Source: Candidatus Finniella inopinata (GTDB lineage: Bacteria; Pseudomonadota; Alphaproteobacteria; Holosporales; Holosporaceae). From it: a stretch of DNA of 32,000 nucleotides. Under the pieces are notes generated by a model. That model saw nothing but the letters and a program-made list of their open reading frames with translations, had not been told where the DNA came from and ran no database searches. This document shows, in pieces, positions 1-8,859 of this stretch (the stretch's first letter is position 1; the number at the start of each line of letters is the position of its first letter). Location: positions 10,582 to 42,581 of the forward strand of contig CAMCZV010000001.1 of assembly GCA_945888455.1 (NCBI GenBank), given 5' to 3'. Both the position numbers and the translations under genes were made by a program.

Positions 1-23
1 ATCCTCACCATTCGTACGATGCG

Positions 24-566
24 TTAGGACGCTTTTTTCACGCGATCTTTGCCCTTTTTCTTTGTTTTCGCACTCTGCTTTGGCCCACTTTTCAATGGCT
101 TCTTTTTGGATTCTGCAACGGAACCTGATTTCAAGGGTACAGCAGGGGAAACCGCAACGCTGTTTACACCAGATGCTGTCTTGCCAGCAAGATCCACAGA
201 AGATCCTTGTTCTGATTTGGATTGTTGATCATTTTTCTGCTCATTTGCCGCCACGGGGACTGGTTTTTCCTCCACAACGGGTAATGCATCCGATGGCTTG
301 GTTGGGGCTGCTTCGCTTTTACCGATGGCTTCTGACTCAATTTTTGAGTCTTCTTTGATCAAAATGGCCATACCCAGACAGTCGGCAAAGAAAATGGCCG
401 CCAAAACAGCCGTCACCCGAGTCAAAGGGTTTTTTCCACTGCGTGCCCCTGGCAACCCACCACTTCCTCCACCTGCGCCAGCATCTTCTCCGCGCTGGAT
501 CAAAATGACACCAATCAAAACCAAAGTGACTAATAAATGAAAAACCAACAGAAAATTACGCAGCAT
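24..566 (-). CDS. secG: Preprotein translocase subunit SecG with extended low-complexity C-terminal tail
   Basis: ORF 24..566 (-); ATG at 566 has AAGGG 6 nt upstream. The N-terminal ~70 aa (MLRNFLLVFHLLVTLVLIGVILIQRGEDAGAGGGSGG...LTRVTAVLAAIFFADCLGMAIL) show the SecG two-helix pattern with a Gly-rich loop. The remaining ~105 aa are K/S/P/E-rich low complexity. Confidence 0.85.
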   Translation of the reverse strand: MLRNFLLVFHLLVTLVLIGVILIQRGEDAGAGGGSGGLPGARSGKNPLTRVTAVLAAIFFADCLGMAILIKEDSKIESEAIGKSEAAPTKPSDALPVVEEKPVPVAANEQKNDQQSKSEQGSSVDLAGKTASGVNSVAVSPAVPLKSGSVAESKKKPLKSGPKQSAKTKKKGKDRVKKAS

Positions 567-630
567 ACTTAGCCCTTGGCTTTTTTACAAGATTATCCCA
601 AGCATGCATTGTTGTAAAGTTTTTTCAATT

Positions 631-1089
631 TCATCCCCCCACCCTGTGGATCATCATTTCTCTCCACAACGTCTGATCACACAGCCCTGCATCGTCTTGC
701 TGGTTTATACTGATAAAATCCAAAGATACGGAAATATACTGTTCTGGCATCCATGGCCCCAAACGATCTGGCCATTCTATGATACAGACATCGGTCCTGA
801 TGGTTTCGTTCAACCCAAGGGGTGCCATATCTGAAAACACCTCTATGCGATACAAATCCACATGCCAAATGGTTCCTTGGATGCCCGAGTACGCAATCAT
901 AATGGGAAAAGATGGGCTGGGAATATGGACCACATTCGGAATCAAAATGCGCAACAGGGCTCTGGCAAAGGTGCTCTTTCCCACCCCCATAGGGCCAAAC
1001 AGCAACACAGGACACCCTGGGCGAATGGCTTTGGCGACGTGTTCAGCACAGCGAGAAATATCGCTTTCATGCACGCACAAGGACTGCAT
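631..1089 (-). CDS. tsaE: tRNA threonylcarbamoyladenosine (t6A) biosynthesis ATPase TsaE
   Basis: ORF 631..1089 (-), 152 aa. The P-loop GPMGVGKSTFARALL in a ~150-aa protein fits the TsaE/YjeE family in size and motif. Confidence 0.85.
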   Translation of the reverse strand: MQSLCVHESDISRCAEHVAKAIRPGCPVLLFGPMGVGKSTFARALLRILIPNVVHIPSPSFPIMIAYSGIQGTIWHVDLYRIEVFSDMAPLGLNETIRTDVCIIEWPDRLGPWMPEQYISVSLDFISINQQDDAGLCDQTLWREMMIHRVGG

Positions 1090-1160
1090 GGGGGAATCCT
1101 ATAGATTTTCTTTGTCTATTATGGTATCCTTTTAAAACAAGAATCGCATAGGTATTTTTT

Positions 1161-1406
1161 ATGAAAAAAGGCATTCACCCGAACTATCACCAGATTACTG
1201 TTGTGATGACCAATGGCTCAACATTTCAAACGCGCTCTACTTGGGGAAAACCAGGCGACAGATTGCAACTGGAAGTTGACCCAACCTGTCACATTGCCTG
1301 GACAAAAGAGCAACACTTTGTAGAAAAAGGTCGCTTGGCACGCTTTAATCAGCGCTTTCAAATGGGCAAATTTACCGTTGCGCAAAACAGCGAATCCAAA
1401 GCATAA
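1161..1406 (+). CDS. rpmE: 50S ribosomal protein L31
   Basis: ORF 1161..1406 (+). [30 protein letters not shown]... matches the L31 N-terminal signature (MKxxIHPxY...TRST). It lacks the CxxC zinc pair, as in the alphaproteobacterial form. Confidence 0.9.
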   Translation: MKKGIHPNYHQITVVMTNGSTFQTRSTWGKPGDRLQLEVDPTCHIAWTKEQHFVEKGRLARFNQRFQMGKFTVAQNSESKA

Positions 1407-1414
1407 ATCTGATA

Positions 1415-1447
1415 CAGGATGGGGCAACATTTCCTTTGCCCATCCTG
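1415..1447. terminator. Strong hairpin between convergent rpmE and ubiA (candidate bidirectional terminator)
   Basis: The arms are caggatggggcaa (1415-1427) and ttgcccatcctg (1436-1447), giving 12 bp with one bulged G and an 8-nt loop. It starts 8 nt after the rpmE stop and lies 52 nt after the ubiA stop. The minus-strand side is followed by a moderately U-rich tail (uaucagauuuaugcuuugg). The plus-strand side is followed by A residues, so there is no canonical U-tract for rpmE. Confidence 0.45.
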
Positions 1448-1499
1448 AAAAACATCTGGCTGTGCTCCATTTCCCCATACATTTTTATGGGTTCGCGAC

Positions 1500-2483
1500 C
1501 TAACTGATCAGGTCTAAAACCCAAACATACCATTTCAATTCTACTTTTCCCAGCATGGTTAAAACCAGGCATAATTGGGCCCCTTCTATGATGGAATATT
1601 TGAAATAATTGGCACATTTTTCGGGAACAGACAAATCCCATGCTCTCCACATGCTCCATTGAGAAAAAATCATAAATAGCACCACGACATAGGCCAACCA
1701 TTCTGCTGGCCTCCCCCCAAAGGAACTGGAACCTGCCCACAACAACAAAACCAGCAGCAAGGCAAATCGCACCCCCATCAACAGTCCCAATACTTTGTAT
1801 CCTTGTTTTGGCCCCATTTTTAATGCCAAGGAATGGATGCCTGCTGGGCCATCATCCTCAATATCTTGAAAGGCATAAAGGGTATCATACGACACAGTCC
1901 AAATAACGCCATAGGCATACAAAACCCACAACCCTGGGGAAAACGCCTGACCTGTGATGCACGCAGGCATCCACACGGCCAAATTGAAAATCAGACCCAG
2001 CAGAATTTGGGGATAATACGTAAAGCGTTTACACCACGGGTAAATCAGTGTCCCCATCAAACCCAATCCGGAAATCAGCACACAGGAAAAGGGCAAAAAA
2101 TATGAAAAAACCCCGACCCCTGTGATGAAAAATACGGTCACAATGGCCAGCATGGTCCACGATGGTGGTTGGGCAACCAATGGGCGTTTTTTTGTTCGCA
2201 CCACCTTTGCATCCAAGGATCGATCAATCCAATCATTATAAAAACAACCCAAACTGCGCGCCCATATGGCACCAGCGGTGATCCACAACGCCACAGAATA
2301 AGGCCCCCCACACCAAAGAAACCCCCAGTATCCAGGGATAACCAATAAAATCCACCCCACAGGGGAACCCAGCCTCATGACATCAAAAGCCAAGGGCACC
2401 ATATCGCCGATGGCTTTGATTCTTTTAAATTGCTCCACACCCAAGGCCAAAATTTTTGCAACATATTTGATTAAAGCCAGCAT
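1500..2483 (-). CDS. ubiA: 4-hydroxybenzoate polyprenyltransferase (UbiA family)
   Basis: ORF 1500..2483 (-), 327 aa. It is a multi-pass membrane protein with the UbiA Asp-rich motif NDWIDRSLDAKVVRTKKRPL (NDxxDxxxD...RT..RPL). Confidence 0.85.
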   Translation of the reverse strand: MLALIKYVAKILALGVEQFKRIKAIGDMVPLAFDVMRLGSPVGWILLVIPGYWGFLWCGGPYSVALWITAGAIWARSLGCFYNDWIDRSLDAKVVRTKKRPLVAQPPSWTMLAIVTVFFITGVGVFSYFLPFSCVLISGLGLMGTLIYPWCKRFTYYPQILLGLIFNLAVWMPACITGQAFSPGLWVLYAYGVIWTVSYDTLYAFQDIEDDGPAGIHSLALKMGPKQGYKVLGLLMGVRFALLLVLLLWAGSSSFGGRPAEWLAYVVVLFMIFSQWSMWRAWDLSVPEKCANYFKYSIIEGAQLCLVLTMLGKVELKWYVWVLDLIS

Positions 2484-2621
2484 ACCTGAACCTGCTGTAT
2501 GAACTGGGTTTATTCATACCATACAACCTGGACGGATCCTAGATGGGTTCTTGCTGCACCTGATCCGATTCTCGAAAAAGAGAACCGTGGGATGGGGATT
2601 AAAAGGTATTTTTTATAGGTA

Positions 2622-2696
2622 TGGTGGGTGATACTGGGATTGAACCAGTGACCCCTGCCGTGTGAAAGCAGTGCTCTGCCGCTGAGCTAATCACCC
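2622..2696 (-). tRNA. tRNA-Val (anticodon CAC), CCA encoded
   Basis: The reverse complement reads GGGTGAT TA GCTC AGCGGCA GAGC A CTGCT TTCACAC GGCAG GGGTC ACTGG TTCAATC CCAGT ATCACCC ACCA. This is a full cloverleaf with a 7-bp acceptor stem, a GCTC/GAGC D stem, an anticodon stem with one U-G pair, loop TT-CAC-AC and T-loop TTCAATC. The 5' half closely matches the E. coli tRNA-Val I remember (GGGUGAUUAGCUCAGC...). Confidence 0.93.
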
Positions 2697-2862
2697 CCTG
2701 ATTACAGTGTGCTGTGGTTTTTCACAACCGTCAAGACAATTTTAACCCGCTGCATACAGAATAGGTGTTAAATCTGCATATCTAGGCATCATTACAAATA
2801 ATATCGCACCAGAAATCCATTTGTGATATGATGTTAAGGATTTTTCTCGACAATTTCAGATT

Positions 2863-4158
2863 ATGGCCAAATCTCCATTGTTCCCCGAAAAAAAGCTGGA
2901 AAAACCGGCTATTTCACCCATGACACTGTGGTTAACGGATTTTTTAGACCATGTGGATCTGGCCCTTTTTATGTCCCTATCCCCCCTGTGGTACATCATT
3001 TTGTTTCCAGAGTCCTGGACGCTTGCAGAAAAAACCCAATGGTTTCACAGTTTTAAGTTTTTAATATCGGTCCTGGTTTATCCTCTGGGCGCCTTTGTAT
3101 TTTCCAGCATTGCTCAGATAAAGTCTCCGGTTACGGCATTGCGTTGGTCGGTATGGGGATTTTCCCTTTGCACCATGGCTATGGGGCTGATTCCGGCACC
3201 ATGGCCCTTTTTTGGGCTGTACCTGATGGCGGCATGTCGTTTTTTACAATGTTTTTTTGCCCGCGGCGATCGCACCATCGGCCCCATTTATTTAATGGCG
3301 CACACCCCCAATGCCACAGCTCTGGATCGGGCAGTGATTTACGATGTGGTTTTAATTTCTGGACAATGGGTGGCACAAATGATTGCGTACGCCTTGCTGA
3401 TCGCAAATGATGTGTTTTTATGGCGAATTCCTTTTATTGTTGCCGGAATTGTGGGTTGTTTTTGCGCCTATTTTCGATGCAAAAATACAGAAAAAACCAA
3501 TGCCAGCCCCCCTCTCACCCCGACCTTGACCTTGCTCATGGACCAACGCCCATCTTGGAAATGGTTTGCGGCTTTGGCCTGCATGACAGGGCCTTCTTAT
3601 TTATTTTACGATCTCTGTTTTTATCTGATGACAGATTTTGTGCCCATGGTGACATCCCTGCCCTTTGCCTCTTTGGCGGGCCAAAAAATGTATCTGTCAC
3701 CATTAGATATTGGAGTCCTTTTTGCCTCTTACTTTACTTTAAAGCGCTTTGATCTGACGGCACACCGGTTGCTGTCCATCATGTCGGGAATAGGCGTCAT
3801 TGGCATCAGCATTTTAATCCCCATGTTTTCTGCCCTATCCCTGTATCACAATCTGTTTTATGTTGGATTTTTTCGATGCGTTTTAATTACTCTTGGTGTG
3901 CCGTACGCATTGTGCCTGTTTGTTTTGTTGCGACAAGCCATTGCATCCAGCTCTAAACCCTATTTATTTATACCGCTGGCCCAATTGATCGGCACCATTT
4001 TTTTGGGCCACAGCAACTGCATGATCAGCTTTAAATTATACGCTCTATTCCCTTATGCCGGTACAGCTGGTGTGTATGGTTCCTTGTTGTGCCTGTTATC
4101 CCTGTGGGGAAATCGCTGGTTTAAACGCTGTGTGATACCCACCCTGCCCCCATCATAA
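2863..4158 (+). CDS. Multi-pass membrane protein, divergent MFS transporter (ProP / metabolite:H+ symporter-like)
   Basis: ORF 2863..4158 (+), 431 aa with about 12 hydrophobic segments. CRFLQCFFARGDRTIGPIYLMAHTP aligns by eye with the ProP-type motif R-L-L-Q-G-F-S-x-G-G-E...E-x-x-P, but the key Gly and Glu residues are replaced. There is no SD before ATG 2863, so the start is uncertain (next Met at residue 20). Confidence 0.5.
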   Translation: MAKSPLFPEKKLEKPAISPMTLWLTDFLDHVDLALFMSLSPLWYIILFPESWTLAEKTQWFHSFKFLISVLVYPLGAFVFSSIAQIKSPVTALRWSVWGFSLCTMAMGLIPAPWPFFGLYLMAACRFLQCFFARGDRTIGPIYLMAHTPNATALDRAVIYDVVLISGQWVAQMIAYALLIANDVFLWRIPFIVAGIVGCFCAYFRCKNTEKTNASPPLTPTLTLLMDQRPSWKWFAALACMTGPSYLFYDLCFYLMTDFVPMVTSLPFASLAGQKMYLSPLDIGVLFASYFTLKRFDLTAHRLLSIMSGIGVIGISILIPMFSALSLYHNLFYVGFFRCVLITLGVPYALCLFVLLRQAIASSSKPYLFIPLAQLIGTIFLGHSNCMISFKLYALFPYAGTAGVYGSLLCLLSLWGNRWFKRCVIPTLPPS

Positions 4159-4923
4159 AAGGATACGCATGCCGTCATAGGCTGGAATAATATGCTGGGG
4201 TAATTTTGCACACAATGTGTCGTAATCCATCTCTGTGCCCATATGAATCAGGACGGCTTTTTTGGGTTTTAAACGATCAATCCAATCCATGGTAATGTCC
4301 CAATGGGCGTGGGTACCTTTTGGATGCATCCCCATGCAATCGACAAACCACACGTCCAAATCGGATAAACACGCCATGGCATAATCATCGAGCGCTTTTG
4401 CATCCGTAGAATAGGCCCAATTGGAAAAACGAAACCCCAAACTGGTGCTGTACCCGTGATCTTGTGCAAAAGGTTTGACATGGGCATTGGCTGCAAAAAA
4501 TGAATCTGTGATTAATCGTGGGGATAAAAATGGCGCATACGGAAGGTTTTCCCCCGAATCACAGGCATAAGGATAACGAATATGAATAATATCCCACGTG
4601 GTTTGATCCATCAACACTGGAATGGGACGGTCTTGGGCTACGGCAAAAGGCTTTAAATCATCCAATCCACCAATGTGATCAAAATGGGCATGGGTTAAAA
4701 TCACACCATCAATACGATCAATTTTTTCTCGTAAAGCCTGTTGTCGAAAATCTGGCGTCACATCAATCAGCCAATTTTCTTGACCAAATCGCACCAAGGC
4801 GCCACAGCGTGTGCGTCTGTTTTTATGGCACTCTGGATCACAGTCCCCCCACTGATGGCCCACCAAGGGTACGCCAGCCGATGATCCGCACCCCAAAATA
4901 CACAGTTCTGTTGCTGAAATCAT
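4153..4923 (-). CDS. MBL-fold metallo-hydrolase (PhnP-like)
   Basis: It carries the metallo-beta-lactamase motif ILTHAHFDHIGGL and the N-terminus MISATELCILGCGSSAGVP typical of PhnP-like proteins. I moved the start from the ORF-track ATG at 4986 to ATG 4923, because the family N-terminus begins just before LGCGSS and an AGG lies ~10 nt upstream. 4986 remains possible. Confidence 0.75.
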   Translation of the reverse strand: MISATELCILGCGSSAGVPLVGHQWGDCDPECHKNRRTRCGALVRFGQENWLIDVTPDFRQQALREKIDRIDGVILTHAHFDHIGGLDDLKPFAVAQDRPIPVLMDQTTWDIIHIRYPYACDSGENLPYAPFLSPRLITDSFFAANAHVKPFAQDHGYSTSLGFRFSNWAYSTDAKALDDYAMACLSDLDVWFVDCMGMHPKGTHAHWDITMDWIDRLKPKKAVLIHMGTEMDYDTLCAKLPQHIIPAYDGMRILL

Positions 4924-5136
4924 GGCGTACACCTGTTCCAAAAAAGTACAATAAGTATGAATACGATGCTGATCAATATCAATCATAACCCTTGGAACAG
5001 ATGATTCCCCATTGATGCATCAGGCACAATGATATGTCCGCCTGGACACACCTAATCTTTTGTTTCTTGCGACCTATTGTCCTGGTAAAAAGGGTCATTT
5101 TGATGTATAATTTGCTTTATTTATATCGCATTTTTC

Positions 5137-6930
5137 ATGTCGCTTTCTGGACCCCATCCCTCTGCATCGTCTGTATCGGCCATCCAATCTCGAACAGGAA
5201 AAGTCTGGATCCATCCCCAAGATTGCGAACGAACCATCCTCTTTTTGAAACAAAAGTACGATATTTCTGATATGGCGGCACGTTTAGCCTATCACCGTTT
5301 GAATTCCTTGGACGAAGCCGACGAAATATTTTCGCCCTATTTGCGCAATCAATTGCCTGATCCGTCTTTTTTACCGGATGCAGAGCTGGCCTTTGAACAT
5401 ACTTTTGCCAGCCTGTTGGATAAAAAACCCGTAGGGGTTTGGGGCGATTATGATGTGGATGGGGCGTGCTCTGCGGCATTATTGGTGAAATATTTTCGGG
5501 CACTGGATATTCCCGTTTCACCCTATATACCCGATCGATTTCAAGAAGGATACGGCCCCAATGCGGCTGGATTATTATCCATGAAGGATCAAGATATCGA
5601 TACGGTATTTATTGTGGATTGTGGCACCACGGCGTTCCAGCCGCTGGCGGCAGCAAAAGAATATGGCCTAACCGTCATCATCATCGACCACCATCGTGTG
5701 GCCCCAGAACGCCCCGTCTGTCATGCCCTGATTAATCCAAAACGCGCGGATTATACAGGCCCATTGTTGTTACAGCAATTGTGTGCCGGTGGTCTGGTGT
5801 TTTTATTTCTGGTGGGCCTAAGCCGTTATTTACGCGATCAAAATTATTTCGATCAAAATGGCATCAGCGAGCCCGATTTGTACGGTTTTTTAGATCTTGT
5901 GGCACTAAGCACCATTTGCGATATGATGCCGTTGCGTCACATCAATCGTGCTTTTGTGAAACAGGGCTTAAAAGTGATGCGAAAACGCCACAATGTGGGT
6001 CTGACCTGTTTAATGGATGCTTCTCGGATCAAGGGTGTGCCCAGCCCCATTCATTTGGGTTATACCATTGGCCCACGTATTAATGCCGGTGGTCGCATTG
6101 GTGATGCCTCTTTGGGGGTACGTTTATTATCGTGCGAAGATAAACCAGCGGCCATTCAAATGGCACAAGAGCTAAACCAACTGAACCAAGAGCGCCAAGC
6201 CATTGAACGCACCACCTTGGAACAAGCGATGCAACAGGCGCAAATGCAAACGGATAAGCCCTATATTTTTGTGTTCGGCGATCATTGGCACGAAGGGGTT
6301 TTGGGTATTATGGCCAGCCATGTCAAAGAGGCATTCTTTAAGCCATCTTTTGTACTTACGGCAAAAGGATCCTGGTTAAAAGGGTCGGTTCGATCCATTC
6401 CAGGTGTGGATATTGCCGATTTAATTCATCGGGCCTGCCAAAACAATCTGTTGGTGACAGGTGGTGGTCACCCCATGGCTGGGGGGTTAACGGTAGAGCG
6501 AGAAAAATTAGATGAATTACTGGCTTTTATTGATCAGTTTTTTCAAGAATGCGAGAGCGCTCCAGAATCACCAACCATCCCCATTGATATGGCCATTACT
6601 TTTGAACAACTGCGTGCACCAGAATTTTTCAATGCGCTGGATTATGTTGGTCCCTTTGGTGCCGACTATCCTCAACCCAAATTTTTGGCCTCTAATTTAC
6701 TCTTAGAGCACGTAAAACCATTTGGTTATAATCATTTACGCATGTACGGCATTCAACCCAACGGACAATCGCACGCCATGGTCTTTTTTCGTCAAGCCGA
6801 AAAAGAAATTGGTCAATGGTTACTGTCTAAACCTTCTCACCGGGTGGATTGCTTATTAACCATCCAATCGGAATACCGATGGGGGTATCAACGCGCCATG
6901 CTGATCATAGAGGATATCGCCACATGCTGA
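5137..6930 (+). CDS. recJ: Single-stranded-DNA-specific exonuclease RecJ
   Basis: ORF 5137..6930 (+), 597 aa. The DHH-family motifs GDYDVDGACSAALL and VIIIDHHR are present, along with GGGHPMAGG (DHHA1), and the length fits RecJ. A TATAAT sits at 5106-5111, 26 nt upstream of the ATG. Confidence 0.9.
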   Translation: MSLSGPHPSASSVSAIQSRTGKVWIHPQDCERTILFLKQKYDISDMAARLAYHRLNSLDEADEIFSPYLRNQLPDPSFLPDAELAFEHTFASLLDKKPVGVWGDYDVDGACSAALLVKYFRALDIPVSPYIPDRFQEGYGPNAAGLLSMKDQDIDTVFIVDCGTTAFQPLAAAKEYGLTVIIIDHHRVAPERPVCHALINPKRADYTGPLLLQQLCAGGLVFLFLVGLSRYLRDQNYFDQNGISEPDLYGFLDLVALSTICDMMPLRHINRAFVKQGLKVMRKRHNVGLTCLMDASRIKGVPSPIHLGYTIGPRINAGGRIGDASLGVRLLSCEDKPAAIQMAQELNQLNQERQAIERTTLEQAMQQAQMQTDKPYIFVFGDHWHEGVLGIMASHVKEAFFKPSFVLTAKGSWLKGSVRSIPGVDIADLIHRACQNNLLVTGGGHPMAGGLTVEREKLDELLAFIDQFFQECESAPESPTIPIDMAITFEQLRAPEFFNALDYVGPFGADYPQPKFLASNLLLEHVKPFGYNHLRMYGIQPNGQSHAMVFFRQAEKEIGQWLLSKPSHRVDCLLTIQSEYRWGYQRAMLIIEDIATC

Positions 6931-7448
6931 CCCCTTTACACCCCGGATTTTCCGAAGCCACCCCCCCTAGTCAACCTATGATTGTGGGAAAAGTGCTAAC
7001 CACCCATGGTGTACGTGGCCAGATCAAGGTTCACAGTTTTATGCAAAATCCATGGGATTTGGGAAACACCAGTCCTTTTTGGATCAATAATCAGCATTTT
7101 ACGCAATGGAGTCACTTTAAACCCATTGGAAAACCTGGTGTTTTCTTGGCCAGCTTGGCCAATATTATAAGCCTGAATCAGGCTGAAACCTTTCGTCACG
7201 CCCACATCATCATTGATCGATCTCAATTGCCAGATGTGGAAGGAGAAATTTATTACAAAGATTTAGAAGGAAAAGCAGTGGTGGATTGTCATGGCACCCC
7301 CATGGGCCAGGTTGTCCACGTCCATGATTTTGGTGCCGGCCCCATCTTGGAATTATCAGAAACAGGGTTGATGATTTCCTTTTATGCCATTGTTGATGCC
7401 GGTTCCGATGTTTTGCACTTAAAATCTACCCTTGAAACGTTTCTATAG
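6924..7448 (+). CDS. rimM: 16S rRNA processing protein RimM
   Basis: VGKVLTTHGVRGQIKVHSF matches the RimM N-terminal signature (vGki...hGvkGevkv). The ORF-track start at 6849 lies inside recJ. ATG 6924 overlaps the recJ stop (ATGCTGA). ATG 6978 (MIVGKV...) is an alternative start. Confidence 0.8.
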   Translation: MLTPLHPGFSEATPPSQPMIVGKVLTTHGVRGQIKVHSFMQNPWDLGNTSPFWINNQHFTQWSHFKPIGKPGVFLASLANIISLNQAETFRHAHIIIDRSQLPDVEGEIYYKDLEGKAVVDCHGTPMGQVVHVHDFGAGPILELSETGLMISFYAIVDAGSDVLHLKSTLETFL

Positions 7449-7508
7449 GGGGGTAGCATGGCATGGGGTCACATTATCCGGTTTTGAATCCCCCATTAAA
7501 GACTGGCC

Positions 7509-8753
7509 TTAAATACGTGTGGGCATCAAGACATAATTGACCGTGAGATCAGATGGATCTTGGAACAACGCAGGGGAAAGCCCATCCTTGAACAACATCA
7601 CAATGTTTTCTCCTTTGATGTGCTGGCAAATATCCAAAACATATTTCGGGTTTAATCCCAAAATCAATTCTGCACCAGAATACGCCACGGACAGGGTTTC
7701 CTGGGCAGAGCCATACTGTTGGCTGTGGGCGGACAAGGTCAAGGTATTGTCAGAAAAAACCAACTTGATGACCCGTTGTCGTTCTGAACTCACCATCCCC
7801 ACACGCGCCATGGCATGCTCTAAATCTTTGACTTCCATTTCAATGCGATGCGGGTGCCCCTCTGGGATGGCTTGCTGATAGTCTGGAAATTGGCCCTCTA
7901 GCAATCGTGATGAAAAATGACCATGGGCAAAAGAAACCATCATTTGCTGATTGGAAAAGGACACGTCTATTTCAGCAGCCGATTCGGTCAACAATTTACA
8001 CAGTTCAGAAATGGCTTTACGCCCCACAATTACATTGGGTGCTCCTATTAAATCCGCCGCTGGAATGGGTAAACACCCTAGTGCCAATCGATGGGCATCG
8101 GTAGCCACCGCACGCCAGGTGTCCCCACAGGGATGAAAATAAATCCCGTTTAATGAATAGCGTGCTTCTTCGTTCGACATGGCAAAGCGTGTATCATCAA
8201 TGATTTTCTTGAAACTGCTGGCCTGTATTTTTAAGGAAAAAGGCAAGGTTTTAGGATGAATTTGAGGAAAATCTATGGCACTTAATGTGGGAACATTAAA
8301 TTCGATGGTTCCACTGGCCACACGAATAACCCCATCGGGCAACGTATTCAGAACAATTTGTCCTTCGGGTAATTTTCGAACAATATCGTGTAACAAATGG
8401 ACAGGAACCGTAATAACCCCTGACTGATGCACTGTGGCAGGAATGACTTCCACCAAACTCATTTCCAAATCCGTCCCCATCAAGGATAGGCTGTCACCCA
8501 CAGCTTCCAGCAAAACATGGGTTAAAATGGGGGTACTCCCGCGGCGTTCGATGACACTTTGCTGGTGACCCAATACTTTTAGAAAACGACTTTTTTCAAC
8601 ACAAACATGCATGATTGCCCCGTGATTAACGGGTTGATCAACAGAGCCCCCCCTTTCTGGATCAAGATAGTCCGAAAAACCAGCTGTATTTTCCAATCCT
8701 GATGGTTCAGAATTTCTGTGCGCAATCATCGATGTATTCAAAGGGGAGTCCAT
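7509..8753 (-). CDS. dnaN: DNA polymerase III beta sliding clamp DnaN (start ambiguous: 8753 or 8612)
   Basis: From MHVCVEKSRFLKVLGHQQSVIERRGSTPILTHVLLEA onward the protein follows the beta-clamp pattern, including LLEGQFPDYQQAIP, and is ~368 aa. The full ORF adds 47 N-terminal residues from ATG 8753, which has AGGA ~9 nt upstream. The canonical-length start would be ATG 8612. Confidence 0.9.
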   Translation of the reverse strand: MDSPLNTSMIAHRNSEPSGLENTAGFSDYLDPERGGSVDQPVNHGAIMHVCVEKSRFLKVLGHQQSVIERRGSTPILTHVLLEAVGDSLSLMGTDLEMSLVEVIPATVHQSGVITVPVHLLHDIVRKLPEGQIVLNTLPDGVIRVASGTIEFNVPTLSAIDFPQIHPKTLPFSLKIQASSFKKIIDDTRFAMSNEEARYSLNGIYFHPCGDTWRAVATDAHRLALGCLPIPAADLIGAPNVIVGRKAISELCKLLTESAAEIDVSFSNQQMMVSFAHGHFSSRLLEGQFPDYQQAIPEGHPHRIEMEVKDLEHAMARVGMVSSERQRVIKLVFSDNTLTLSAHSQQYGSAQETLSVAYSGAELILGLNPKYVLDICQHIKGENIVMLFKDGLSPALFQDPSDLTVNYVLMPTRI

Positions 8754-8859
8754 AGGGTGTGTTCCTAAAAAGGGTTACAAAATAAAAAATGATAAAAACA
8801 ACATGGTCATTTTATCTATTTTACAGATCATAAAGCAAGCGGAAAAGGATTGGCCAATT

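Noticed and set aside
2484-2862. tRNA-Val might be an integration hotspot with an adjacent island.
   Set aside because: I could see no integrase, no direct repeat of the tRNA 3' end and no compositional shift in the flanks. The neighbours are ubiA and an MFS gene of normal composition.
5135-5521. Minus-strand 128-aa ORF overlapping the recJ 5' end.
   Set aside because: It is antisense to the well-supported recJ frame (the DHH motifs begin here). The translation is Pro/Arg-rich with no start signal.
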